Source: Podarcis gaigeae (lineage: Eukaryota). Taken from it: 64,000 bases of DNA. The stretch lies in assembly GCA_964106915.2 (NCBI GenBank), contig OZ066920.1; one strand, 5' to 3'. The notes beneath the pieces were generated by a model. It was not told the origin of the DNA and did not search any database. It was given only the letters and a program-made list of their open reading frames with translations. Below are positions 1 to 61,575 of this stretch, piece after piece. Within the stretch, counting starts at the first letter, position 1. Every line of letters begins with the position of its first letter. The translations under genes and the position numbers were made by a program.

Positions 1-332
1 TCAGCCCATGTTTTGAGCACATTTCATTATTCCACTTCTAGGTAGCTTGTGAAGGGCTTTCAATAACAAAACATGTTAATTTTTAACACTTGTAATCCCA
101 TCTCATTGTGCCATAAACACCAGAGATCTAATCTCCTCTATCTATCTGTCAGCTGTACTTTCTTGACAAATGCTATGGGTGAAGTAAATGTGCCCAGAAG
201 GCGAGGTGAATTAGTGGGAAGAGAGAGAGGGAGGGAGATGGAGAGAGAGCACAAACCAGAAGTCAGCAGGACTCCTCTTCCCCCTAGCATCATCCATTCC
301 CATTCAGACTCACCTCACTTACTCACAGTGTA

Positions 333-661
333 AAAGGTAAAGGGACCCCTGACCATTAGGTCCAGTCATGGCCGACTCTGGGGTTGCGGCACTTATCTCG
401 CTTTATTCGGCGTACAGCTTCCAGGTCATGTGGCCAGCATGACTAAGCCGCTTCTGGCGAACCAGAGCAGCGCGTGGAAATGCCGTTTACCTTCCCACCA
501 GAGTGGTACCTATTTATGTACTTGTACTTTCGAACTGCTAGGTTGGCAGGAGCAGGAACCAAGCAACGGGAACTCACCCTGTCATGGGGATTCAAACCGC
601 AGACCTTTTGATCGGCAAGTCCTAGGCTCTGTGGTTTAACGCACAGCACCACCCGCGTCCC
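333..661 (-). mobile_element. Sauria SINE, full length, with 12-bp TSD
   Basis: Minus strand starts GGGACGCGGGTGG..GTTAAACC (tRNA-like head) and ends in an ACCTTT-type tail; TSD ACTCACAGTGTA at 321-332 and 662-673. Confidence 0.9.
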
Positions 662-3600
662 ACTCACAGTGTAGCAAACTGTTTAATTCTCATCCTTCTG
701 GCATAACTAAGCCAGCATCTCCACAGGTGCTTATACCTTTGAATGACAACAGTCAATTGACAACATCTGAGCTCATTAGGGTGCTGACTTCCCAACACAT
801 GCTAGCCTCATGTATTTTCTTGGTATATGTTTTCTAGTTGTTTCCACTAACCCTTCTCTTTTTCTGTCATGAAGCTCAGGAAGCCAATGTTTGTATGGAT
901 ATGGCAGGCATCCCAGAGTCCACTGCTTCTGAAGCCATGTTAATGTCCAGAGAAAGGATCTTGTCTAAACATATTTTTAGGAGGTCTGTGTTTATGATGT
1001 TCCATCTCTTACCCTGAATTAACTGTTTTTACTTGTGGGAAGCATCTCATCCAATAACAGTGTCAACCAGTTTTCTAGCAAGGTAATTGGTGGGTTATCC
1101 AGGATCAGATACCATGGGAAAGAGTATTCTACCACTGCACCAAAGCACATATATTGTGATATACCTATGCCATACTATGGTGGCCACCCCATTTCATCCC
1201 ATAAGGTCACGACATTCAAGGCCTCCATAGGATTCAGGAGGCAAGAATCATGGCAGCTTTTATATGGGAGGCTTCCAAAATGTGGAATTTCTTAAGTTAG
1301 CTCTCCCAAAACTTTCCTCTTACCTATTTTCCAGGAGCTTGGGGGTGTCGCAGACTAATATGTGATCCTATGCATCTTTACTCAGAATTCCAATGTGGTC
1401 AATAATGCTTACCCCATACAAAGGGTTCACAGGATTGCAGTCTCTGTGTGCCTGTTGGAGAAGTAGGGCAACCAGATTGTCTGAAGTCAGCAATCAAGCC
1501 ATATTCTAGAAACATGAGCTTGAATTTGGGTATTGTAATAGAACTAATCAAGCACAATTACTATATTGCCTGTTTTCATTTAAGATCGCAGGACAAATAA
1601 AACAGATGCACATGCGTTTTGAAATTTCTTTTGCCTTACTAACTAAACCCTTGTGTGTTTTGTCCTATTATTTCATCTAGAAAGAGCTAACCAATGTGCA
1701 TCCTTTTACTGTGTAGCCTTAAATGGTCTCTCTCCTCTTTAGGACTCAAGAAATAAACAAGGTTTTATATCTCTGATCCACAAAAGAACCAAAGTAAATG
1801 TGATTTTACTTATATAATTAGCAACTATGTGGTTTTTGTTTTTTTTAATGGAAGTCATGAAGTGGGAATTACTAATTGTGTGAATAACATATCTGTTTCA
1901 GCCCTTCATAATGAAGAACTGATCAACAGGCAGCTTTACATCAACAGTAATGAGTGCTTAAGACATCTGAAACTCCATCTTGTATTGGGACTTCCAATCC
2001 CTGTATTGGGACTTCCAATCCATATCCTAGAGATAACAGAGAGAACTCTACTAATCAGCATCATTTCTCACAGAAGTTCACTAACATTAACCAAGAATGA
2101 AAATTTATTATCCAGGAACAATGTACATTTGATTACCAAACATAGGGGGAGGGAAGGACAATAGGGTATGTTATTTCATTCAGCATCATTGCAATGCTAA
2201 AGACAGAGTGCAAGATAAGATGGAAATTTAATCTGATTCAAGAAGACAAGTCTTATATTCTTAACAAGCATCAGACAATGTTGCGCTGAAAATAATGCAA
2301 TGTGTCTTCATCAAAGTATCCTAAGACTGATAAGTGGGCTATTCTATTACTATTGTAAGTCACTTTGAGACTACTTTATGGCAACAGGCATGATGGAAAT
2401 TTTACAAACCAGTAAGTCCATTATCCTACACACTATCACTTGTCAGTAAGTCTCACTGAATTCAATAGGATTAACTTCTGCCTAAGATAGCACAGGAAAA
2501 ATCACTTAACCACCTTTTATTACAATCAGAAACTCAAACCTCACAACATGAACTTGCGAGACTGTCATGGGGTGATGTAAAGAAGTGCTGCAGAAAGGCC
2601 AGGTTGTTGGCAACATGGTGGCACAAAGAACCAACAAATGGACTTTAAAGAACTCACAAATTAAGTTTTGACTGTGCAAGTACAGATGTGTTTTGTTGAA
2701 CTTTCCCAAATCGAACCTGAAGAAGCAATGGAAGTTCCACAGCTCCAAGGTGCATATGCAGACTAAATTTGTTAAAATGTTGGTTCCTATTAGAAGGCAA
2801 ACTTTATCTCCTATTTTGAATAGTAGGTGTATGTTTTCATTTTCAGGTTTTTGTATTCATGAGGTGTTCTGAGCATTATATACCTTTTAAAGAAGACCCC
2901 CCCATGCTGTTAATGCTTTAACCATCTAGTGACACACTCACTGTCTCTCTTTTTAAGAAGAGTTGTGCAAATATATTCTTATTAGACTTTCCAAGTAATT
3001 CAAATACCTCAGGCTATCTGTGTGCCAAATTCTACATTTTCAGGTTGTCTGGAAATACCTTACCAATCTGGGGGTGCATTTTTAGCCTCCAGTTTTCAAA
3101 GAGAGGTGTACAAGTGTTCTCTTTTCAGATATTTCTAGTAATCAGGATGTCTTACTTCTACATATATATCAATTTTGGGGGCTTTAGCTCATTAGAAAGG
3201 ATCCTAAATGTCAACCCCCCCATGAATAAGTAATGCACTAACCCAAATCTGCAATCCACTACAGGGGGATGAAAGCCCAGACTAGACCAGCTCCATCAGG
3301 CTCTGCCCAAGAAGTGACACTAGCTTTACTCAGCTGGTACAGATATCCCTGTTCCACCTGTTGAAAAGCTTTCTACCAATGGTAGTCTGCAGAATGTTCC
3401 AAAACAGGGTGCCCCAGAGAAAGGGCTCAGCCAGCCTGGGAGCCACTGAATCCCAAGCCAGCTCCACTACTATCACTTGATGGCACCGGGTCCAATTCAG
3501 GCCAGATTGCTACATCAAGTCCAGATTGGCGTGCCCTGGAGCAGTTTGTGACTCCCCCTCCACATTCTGCATAGGCCAACTTGAATAATGGGGCTCTGGA

Positions 3601-4539
3601 TGTGGCGGTAGCTACACTGCTCCATTGCTACCTGCCATGTGTTTGGATTGCTCTGGCAATCAGGCAGAGACCCAAGAGTACCTTCATATAGATATGTGGC
3701 TGTACCTCCTATTATCAGAAGTAAAAGTAAAAGTAAAACATGACCTAACACTGTGCGTAAACATATCAGACAGTTTTCTTTAACATACGCCATTGCTAAA
3801 GAAAGACATAAAATATGTCAATATTTATGACATCTCAGACTAAAACACATGGTTCTACTTTTTTATTTTAAAAAAATGCTGTTTTAGACTTAACAGCATA
3901 AGATTTTAGAAGATTTGCTAGGCATTTGGTATAGTATGATTAAGTCGTAGCACATGATAGTGGTTGCAAATTCATAAATAATGTGCCAGGCTTTCATGGT
4001 AATCTCAACCAAGACTTCAGCATGATTCCAACATTATGTATTCATTCAGTCATTCATTCATTCATTCAAGTAGCAGTTCAACAAGAGTCCCAGCTCACAA
4101 CATACATTAACGGTCACAGAAGCATTAACAACCCACTGAGCTACATGCATCACAGGCACTACAACCATAGGTTTGAATCAGAGAGCAGACAGCTACATCC
4201 AGAACCCAAGCAACCAAAGTACACGAATTCAAGAAAACCAAAAGCCAGATATACTCAGTTTTACTTTACATCCCATCAATGGGCAGCAAACCCTATGTAA
4301 AGGATTGCAATCTGGGGCCGCTAAAAACCTGCATGCTTGCTTTCAGTGGCTGCTCTTGAGTAAACACTGCCCTGATGACAATAAAAACCCCGTACAATGC
4401 ATGCAGTTATGCTACAAACAGTGGAAGATTACACCCCCACCCCTCCCTCTCTGCTGGAAGGCACCACAGCCGGCATTGATCGTGGGTCACCTCCTACCAC
4501 CAGCTTCCTTTTCCCCGATGCACTGGCAAGCAAGCAAGC

Positions 4540-5500
4540 AAGCAAGCAAGCAGGGCTCGCGAGGCCAAGGGAAACGGGCTTCTCCCTCACCATCTATCTG
4601 GAAGCAGGGGGAGGGGGGTGGGGACCAGAAAGAGAGGAGAGGCGCGCGGCTGCGCCCTGTGACCTCGGTGGGACTCCCTCCTCCTCCTCCTCCGTGCGCA
4701 GCTGTGGAGGCAGCCGCGAGTCCTGAGCTCCTCCGGCGTCTGGTTGGGGTGAGGGACCCAGGCGCGAAGGCGACGCTGGGAAGGGGCGCGTGGTGCGCGC
4801 GGGCAAGGAGGGAAGGAAGGATGCAGAAGCAGCAGCAGCAGAGCCTCCTCAGGACCAGACTCGGAGCTGGAGAGGAAGTGGCGGGGCGGGGGGGGGGGGA
4901 GACGGGGACGTGGTGGCCCCTCGAAGCCGCCCGGTTCCCCGAGGCTGCCTTGGCGAGGAGGTCAGGGGGACTCCCCCTCCTTGCCTACCTTGACTGTCCG
5001 CCCTCCGTGGGATGGAGGCAGGAGAGCGAGAGAAGCTTTGGCGAGGGCGAGGACCAGCCACCGGGCGCTCGAGGCGGCGGTTGAATGAACTGAATGGGCT
5101 GGAAACGCAGCCAGCGCGCGGCGCCGGAGGAGGAGGAGGAGGCGGGGGGGGGTGACGCACGCGAGCGAGCGCGCGCGCCCGGCGGAAATTCCCGCTCTCG
5201 CGCCCCCTCGCTCTCTTGCGCGACGAAGCCACCAACTAGCAGGGGGAGGCGGGGGGGGGAGAGGTGAGGCGCACGTGACGAGGAGTGGGGGTGGGGGCGG
5301 GAGGCCACGGTATTCTCTCTCTCTCGAGCGCGCGCCCAGCATTCCACCCTGCTGCAATGTAAAACGACCCGGGCTAATTAGTGGCAGTGGCGGCGTCGGC
5401 AGGAACAGGGAGGAGCTTTCTTCTTCTTTTCCTCCTCAAGTGGATCGTGTGATCTGTTGCTTGCAGACTCTTGCAAGCGCGGCGGGTGCATCTCCCTTCC
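4540..5500 (-). promoter_or_regulatory. CpG island: promoter and non-coding first exon(s) of a minus-strand gene, probably LPIN2
   Basis: Abrupt GC/CpG-rich block in an AT-rich background; GC box 5294-5301; E-box CACGTGAC 5272-5279; CRE-like TGACGCA 5153-5159; kB site 5184-5193; minus-strand donors AAG|gtaggc (4989/4988) and ATG|gtgagg (4591/4590). Gene identity rests only on recalled MYOM1-LPIN2 tandem synteny. Confidence 0.75.
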
Positions 5501-5670
5501 AGAGTGCATATACAGTAGCCAGCGCCAGCGTGTGCATTGTGCTTCGGGCGTGCAGAAGCCCTATATACAGTTGCATATTATAAGCTACACATTAACATTC
5601 CTGTTACATGTTATGCTTCGAGCCTGGAAGGATAAACACCCACCGCCCTCCACGCAGTGAAGACTTCACC

Positions 5671-5671
<1 letters not shown>

Positions 5672-5699
<28 letters not shown>
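5672..5699. repeat. A28 homopolymer just upstream (in minus-strand terms) of the CpG island
   Basis: Seen directly. Confidence 0.95.
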
Positions 5700-5701
<2 letters not shown>

Positions 5702-7754
5702 CAATCTAGCATGGAGCTGAACATTTGGAGGGCTTCTATCGACTCTCATGTCTGATTTCAGATGAAAGTACTGATAGGTATTGTATTCTCAATGTGAGCT
5801 GCCAGTGTGGGTCCCCGTTTTTTAATATCTTGCTTTTGTTTTTCTTTGTCAATTTAAAACACTTAATAAAATACAAAGCATTCTTGTTAAATGAGAACAT
5901 GCTTGTGAGTAATTCATCAAATGCATCTCTGTTGCACATGTGTATGTTCCTCCAGGGTATTCCTTTTGCATCACCTGCTCCTGCTATCATGCATTCTCTG
6001 TATATTTTCTGCATTTGGCATACAAACACAACAATATGCTCCATTTTATTAATGTTGCATGACTGGCCCACCAGTGAAGCAAGGTGAGGCAACTGCCTCA
6101 GGCAACAAGATCCACAGGGGCAGCAGATCCTAATGTAGATCTTTCTTCCTCACCTTGTTGCTCAAGTAGATCTTCATTCACACCTTCTTCCCTGGCAGTG
6201 AGGGAAGCAGACTATAACAAAGCAATATAAGTGATGATTCATTTCAGTTAAAAACTCTTCATAATTGACAGGATAATTTATACACCCGTTGCTATGCATA
6301 CAGTATATAGCAGGCACTGATCAGGAGCAAGCAGAAACATATTTAGGATTATCTGGCCTTTCGCCTTCCTTTTTTTTGCTATCAGGATACATCTTTTCTG
6401 TGGTGGGTTCATCTGAGATCCCTAGAAGTTATTTGATGAAAATACTACTACAATGTAAGTGCAGGTAGATGCTGTAAAACTCCTCCAAATGGCAGAGGCA
6501 AAATGTTTAAACTTTGCAAAGAGGTTTTGGCATGTTTCCTGTTGTGCAGGAGACACTCGTAATAATCCACTGTATAGTTTACTTACAGTACTGTGGTATA
6601 CATCTCTACTCAGCAGTATGTCTTTTTGTCTTTAAGGGGGCTTACTGGCAAATAAGTGGGTTCTAGATAGCAGGCCAGACTTTGATTTAGGGTTGACACT
6701 GGGGAAAACAGGGTTCTTATGCCATTGATAGTTGTATCTCCACAATCAAAACCAGGTTTTGGGAGGTGTGTGCATGGGAGCAGCAATGACAGTACTCTCT
6801 CTAATTTTGTGTTATGTCATGCCCTCGTAGCAGCCATTTTGTAATGAACCCGTATAACTTTCTCAAAATTTGAAATGTATCCACTGGTCCAGAAAGGTGG
6901 TTGACCCCTGTACTGCAGCATCACTTGTGGTGATCCATTGTGGTGAGGTTCTCCTCACAAGCCACTTACTTGGTAAGGCTGCTTCCAAATTTAATAGTGC
7001 CTCCATCTCCTACACAGCCATATATGTGTCAAATACTACTGTGTGGTGCTCTGTTCTCCCTCCTCGTTTTCTCTTCTCCTTTTCCTCTGGCTAATATAGA
7101 TTGCAACTTTAAGGCTTCTGGGAAGACATTCTATCCCTTTTCCACTTCAGTTTCCACCATGAGAAGACTGCCTATAACCATCTTGTACTGGGAAACACCA
7201 GCATGAATAAGTCAATAATTATTTTAAAATGTCAATAAGTGGAATGATTAAGCTACTAAGTGGGCTGCATTTGACTTTGTTAGTAACCATGTTATAGTCC
7301 ACAGCAGAAGGCCTGAGGCAAGTGCACACAGACCTGGTACACAAGCTAAAGCTTGGGTGTATAGGTTTTTTATGACTATTTATTTATTTAGCAGTGTGTG
7401 GAGGTTTGCATTAAAAAATAAAGCTACAGAGTGGTTTGGTACTGCCTTGTTGCTTTATATAGTGATTTAATATCAGTGTGTAATTGCTTGTGACAATTTG
7501 TGGGGTGGTATCACAGAAACAAGTGCTGAAATAACTGGGAAATACTCTCTATCTATCTTAAGTAAAGGCACATTAGGTACCTGGAAAGCAAAAAACAATA
7601 TGTTCAGCCTTTGTGCTTTATCTTATCAGCATTTCTGTATCAGTACTTCTGTATGCAAAGTCTATATTATGCTGTATATGAAAACCCATCCTTCCCCTGC
7701 ACCAGTTCTTGCAATGGTTAGCCACAATATATATAAATCCAGTTGATGCATACA

Positions 7755-7757
<3 letters not shown>

Positions 7758-7820
<63 letters not shown>
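7758..7820. repeat. Compound microsatellite (TC)n(AC)n
   Basis: Seen directly. Confidence 0.95.
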
Positions 7821-7822
<2 letters not shown>

Positions 7823-8894
7823 CTCATAGTACAGGTAGAGCACAACAGGTGTTGTAATTCCTGCTAGTAATGTTTACCCAGCCTAACCCATTGGCTGCCC
7901 AATCCTGTAACAACAATACTCTAATTACTGTGCAGAGGTTAGTGTTCCCTGTGTCCACTGAACTCAGTTCATCCTTGGTTTTGTTTACACGTTCAGGGTG
8001 TGACTCATAGACTGAAGTGAGTCAAAAGAGGGTCAACAATCCCTACAAGAGTAAAAGCCCTTATCCTGGGATAAGGGATCGTGTAAGCAGTAGGAGGACT
8101 ATAATTTCTGATGAGGGGGGGTTCAGAAGTCCACAGGGAAACACAGGGACAAGTGAAAACTTTAGATAGCAATGGAAATTTTTGTTGAAATGGGCCAAGA
8201 TTTTATATCCAAATGCCAGATCTTGTATCTTAATAATTTAAGCAGTCTCATAGAAAGGCAGGGACAATACATTTGTCAACTGCCCATCTGATGTTCAGGA
8301 GATATGAGTATATTGAGCTGATGGTCAACTAAGTGCAGTGTAGTATTATTACAGACAGATCAGCTGTTTTTACATGTAGTCTGGAAAGCAAATATATATT
8401 GTACACCATTGTATATGGGAACATGATTCTAGATTGGGAAGGTGCAAAGTTATATTGTATACAACCAGCTGTGCAATATGGGCCCCTAGGGTCTGTTCAT
8501 CACTTGTTAAATGAAATCTATTGGAACAAAATGGTTGGTTATCTTTCATATATTGTTTCTATTGTGCAAAATACTTTACTGTACAAAGTATTTTAAAATC
8601 ACAGCTTAACTCCTGCTCACAAGGATATTCCTTTTTAATGATTATAGATATACATATACATACGCACATCCACACACATGAAGGCTGAAAGAAAACAACC
8701 TGCATAAGGCTAAATACTTTGGTTTCTAAAATCCCAAGTCCCAATACAATGTCCACTTGCACTACTAGTTTCTAAGGTTGGGAACCTCTATTTTCATTGG
8801 ATGTTTGTGTCTATACGGTCACAAAAATAATAATGTGATACTATAATAGTAGAGAATATGGACGTCATCTTGTATCTATTGTTTAACTTAGTCT

Positions 8895-9680
8895 CAGAAC
8901 ATAAAAAGAGCCCGCTATGATAGGCCAATCCAGTCCAGCATCCTATTCTCACAGTGGCCAACCAGATGTCTACAAGAAGCCCACAAGTAGGACTTGAGTG
9001 CAACACTATTCTCTTCTCCTGTGGCAGCTCTGTCCCAAGACATTTAGCACCTGAGGCGAACCACAAAATGGCATCCCTCACCAGAGAAAAGGGGGTGAGT
9101 GAAGTTTTACATCGGGAACAATGTGGGGAATGAAGATCTACATTGGGAACAAAAGAAGGAATCGAATCAACTTTACCCAGTGGTTGAAGTGGGAATCAAA
9201 GGCCGTTGCAGGATGCAGGAGTGGCCTGCTCTGAATCATGCTGGGCAAGTGCTAAGTCCAGGAGACCCCAGAAGGCAGCTTTTCTCACCATTTCCTCCCT
9301 CAGGGTGGGAGGAGACCAGCAGTGACTCCTGTTCACTGAGAGGCATGGAGATGAGCTGGTGAGGAGGTGGCAGATACAGTGTGCCGCAGCCATTGCTGCC
9401 ACTGTGGTAGTGGTGGTGGAGACAGCATGCGATGCATTCCTTGGATGCTGGACCTGCTTCTCCTGTGGATCCTGGCGTCTGAGGCAGTCATCTCACCTTG
9501 CCTCATGGGTGAGCTGGTCCTATCCTGCAGTTCCCAGCAACTTGTATTCAGAGGCACACTGCCTTATCCATGAATTTATCTAATCCTCATTTAAAGCCAT
9601 CCAGGTCAGTGGCCATCACTGCCTCTTGTGGGATCAAATTCTATAGTTTAACTATGCTGTGCAAAGAAGCACCTTTTTAA
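8895..9680 (-). mobile_element. CR1-like 3' region interrupted by a ~500-bp DNA-transposon-like insert (~9020-9527)
   Basis: AGAACATAA...CCAGTCCAGCATCCT...GGCCAACCAGATG and TTATCTAATCC..TTTAAAGCCATCC...ATAGTTTAACT segments typical of squamate CR1 3' ends flank a GC-richer block. Confidence 0.55.
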
Positions 9681-10872
9681 GCCAGTTTGCAAATAATACA
9701 GCACACATAGGTATACAGAATGAATAAATCATTTATCCGGCTTGATGCTGACATCATGCTGTTGAAGTACTACAAATGCATAAGAATTTCAGCTTTTATT
9801 TATTGGAAAACAGCCAGTCTGACTCTCTCCTAGTGCTGCAGTGTTGCCTGCCTTTTCTATTTCTCTGGGACTTGTGCCAAAGGAGCACTTTAAGTATTAC
9901 AGTGTAAATGTGTAGCTCTCATAAATTTATAGATATCTTTTAAAAGTGTCACTTTTCAATGACTGTGTACCAAATGCTGATTTAAAAACAAAAATGCTCG
10001 ATATTTTAAAAGTTATGATTTTAACCCAGTCTCTAGCTGCTAGAAGTTAGAACTGACTCACTGATTTTTTAGTACTTGAACTTGACAATCACATTACAGT
10101 TCGGTTTTATGAGATTACAGAAGAGTGGGTATTCAATCTGGTCTTTATTTTAAAACATGTTAATCCATATGGCATGCATGCTCTGCAAATTTATTTTTAT
10201 TACATCTCAGGTTCTCAATATTCCATGAAGCAGAACAGCCATAATGATGGATATGAAATCCTTGTTAGCATTCAAATATACTAAATTATATTTATTACAC
10301 ATCTATCCACATCTTTTTTGCTGTTCGTTGAATTACATATAATAACTTATTTATATTTATAAGAATACCATTAGAGCATAGGAAGAACCTTGGAAGCTGT
10401 CTTATAAGTGCACCACATACACACCTTACATTTCCCCCAAAGCATACTGGGAACTGTAGTTTACCCCTCACAGAACTACAGTCCCCAGCTCCCTTACAGT
10501 TCCCAAGATTATTTAGTGAAGGGAATTGTGCTTTAAACGTGCAGTATGTATACAGCCTATGTCAGACCAACGTTCCCTTTAGCTCTGCGTTCTCAACACT
10601 ACCATGGAAGGGTGAATCTAATAGTTACAGTACAGCAGGACAATCAAGTTTGAGTTTATGACAAAATGCTGTGTTCAGTGAAGCCATTCTCATTTCACCA
10701 CAGACATAGTACTCGGCATGAAATGCTATCTAATATCAACACTATACGTTTCATAATAAGAGTAATATAACAACAATGATCCTATGTTTTAACTCAGTCT
10801 TTTCTCCATGAATCTCAAGAATTTGTCTGCTATGCCATTCTGTCTTACTACCCAGAACATTTTGTGATCCCT

Positions 10873-10946
10873 TTAGTTTGACCAGCTGTCTTTAGGGTCA
10901 TCTCCATCTTCTACAATTGGATTTTCATTTGGATCAGACATCTCTT
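10873..10946 (-). other. Candidate alternative terminal exon of MYOM1 (EEMSDPNENPIVEDGDDPKDSWSN*)
   Basis: attattgcttcag| acceptor, acidic open frame ending TAA (10873-10875); minus-strand AATAAA signals downstream at ~10144-10201 and ~9795-9804. Confidence 0.5.
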
Positions 10947-11846
10947 CTGAAGCAATAATCTATCTTACTTATGGCTTAATGAAATCTGATTCAAGGAAAA
11001 TAACACATGGTTCATGTTGGGGGGGGTGCCCTCACACACTTTCTCTTTAAAGGGACATGTGGGGTTTATTTGTCTCTTCCCATAGTGCTAAGTATTGTGT
11101 TTACCTGAGATAGCACATGATCAGAAGAGTTATGAAAGTCCTTGTCACTAAATTATGATGGGCTCTTCTTGGCAAGATTGCTGACTTCACTATGGAGCAA
11201 CTAAGAAGGATCACAAACATGGCCTTCCCTTGTTATGAAACACCTGCTGTGTTAAAGGAAACTGATATTTATTTGTGCACACCAACCATTTCGATTCATC
11301 TTCCTGAAGTGCTTTAATTTGAGCAAATAAAAATGAAGCAATTTCTGAAACAGTACAAACTGCTAGGATCTATTTCACACACATTTACTTACTTTCTTTA
11401 CTTAATACAATTTCAGTTATGATTACACTGCAATTTAAGTCCATACAGAAGGTTCTCTTGGCCAATTTAGTATAAAATAAAAAAGACTTGCCAGCTGCTG
11501 CTTAAAATAATCAAATTTAACTAGCTGATTTTCCAAACTTGGAGAATCAGGAGCTGTTGTTTAGTCACAAACCACATTTATAATGTAGCAAATAAGGGAA
11601 CACTCTGACCCAGCTAAGCATCTTAAATTATTAATTTCAATGGGAAAATGAAACGTGTCTAATACTCTGTGACTGGAAGCAAAGGGACTTTGAAGGTGCT
11701 TACTCTCCCCGTGTCTCTGCTTAAAAACATTTCAAAAGGCTGAAGAAAAAAACAAACCAAAAAGGCAAAGTACCTTCAGGTTACTTTGGGAAGAAATAAA
11801 GAGTTTTTCTTCTTGGAACTAGATCTAAGCAGCTAAATATTTTTAC

Positions 11847-11950
11847 CTTCTTTCTTCCCTGAGGCTGGTTTCTTTTTACCTATGGCTACTGTATCTAGGC
11901 AAATTCCATGCATCTCAGCAACGAGTGTAGCCAAGCCAGTTTGTTCATCT
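11847..11950 (-). other. Candidate alternative C-terminal exon of MYOM1 (DEQTGLATLVAEMHGICLDTVAIGKKKPASGKKE)
   Basis: ctgactgtatctcatag| acceptor, GAAG|gtaaaa donor, open frame, joins in phase 1 to 10873-10946; not experimentally supported. Confidence 0.5.
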
Positions 11951-12604
11951 CTATGAGATACAGTCAGCTACAGGAAAGCAAGAAGAACGCACAAACAAGG
12001 AAGTCCTGTTAAAAATAGCAACCGTATAATTTGCAAGTTGTGATTAAAGATTCAAAGAGCTGCATTCAGTGAGCGGTAGACTATTTTTCTCTCAGTTTCC
12101 AATGCCGTAACAAACTATGGCTAACATGAACCAGGAAATTGAGGAAGGAATCAGGTACACAAGCACATGTTGACAGTCAAAGCCATGTCTGAAGTAAGCC
12201 TAGGCCTGGAGGAAATATAAAGGTCATTTATCCCTGGAGACTAGAATTCAATAAAACAAACCCAAAGAGAAACAAGTCTTAGCAATTTACTTGAGTTCAC
12301 CTTATCCAAAATTCTGTCTCCAGTGTTACCCAAAAGTTTAAAACTGTTCATAGGCTATCCCCCATATTGTTGCTATGGACCATACATTTAATCTTATACC
12401 ACTATAAGAGTTGCAATTCCCAGCAGCCTTAATAAACTACAGTCAGACTGAATCAGGCAGAAGTTAGTGTAGAATAAATAAAATTGCCAGCACCTCCTTT
12501 CTCTGTGCTGCATTGAAGACCTAAGTGAAGATGTTAGGCGTGGGGTGATGTTAAACTAAAAGGGATGGTAAACAGCCATCAGAGTAGTGAGCAAGTAAAC
12601 AAGT

Positions 12605-12644
12605 CACACGCACACAAAACAAGGCGAAAGAAAAGTGTTTTATT
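12605..12644 (-). terminator. MYOM1 proximal polyadenylation site (3' UTR about 500 nt)
   Basis: AATAAA at 12639-12644 (minus) followed about 20 nt later by the GU-rich element TGTTTTGTGTGCGTGTG. Confidence 0.75.
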
Positions 12645-13134
12645 TCTTTTTGAATACTGAGGAGGGTTCAGTTTTTTTTCACTGACGTTAGTTTGTATTA
12701 ATATCATGTCAACACAAAACATTTGTTTGCTTTAATATCTGTTTTCTAGAGTCCTATCCTACACTACATTCAGTTTATACTAGATTACCAGCAGGCTCAA
12801 ATCTAGATTCCTGGTGAGAAAATCTTCTCCAATAAACGATTGTAATTTTTTCCATCCTTTCACTCACATCACTGATTAAATGACTTGCTTAAATATTATG
12901 CTTCTGCGTTAAGAGCATTATCCTATTATGCTTCTGAGTTAAGTTCATGTGACAGAAAGCCAGGCTGGGAGTGGGAGCATTCCCCATTTTTGCCTGATCA
13001 CAACATCTAAAATGAAGTGAGTGGAAGGGTTCAGATCTACTTCATACTCACAGGCAAAACCATTTACACACACATATTATTAAACCAGATAGAACTCTAC
13101 CTCTCTGCAACACTTGTCCATCTTAGCTTTAGCT

Positions 13135-61575
<48,441 letters not shown>

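Noticed and set aside
333-661. tRNA-like A/B boxes and recurring ORFs (…KPQSLGLADQKV…)
   Set aside because: SINE heads and SINE-derived chance ORFs, not tRNA or protein genes.
4173-5084. 303-aa + strand ORF and overlapping 100-140 aa ORFs in several frames
   Set aside because: Stop-codon depletion in a GC-rich CpG island; non-ATG start, low-complexity G/R/P/A composition, crosses a (GCAA)n microsatellite, no recognisable domain.
7010-7100. Minus-strand purine-rich frame beginning PEEKEKRKRGG after tattag
   Set aside because: Weak acceptor, no matching donor phase identified, far from the other candidate exons; likely coincidental.
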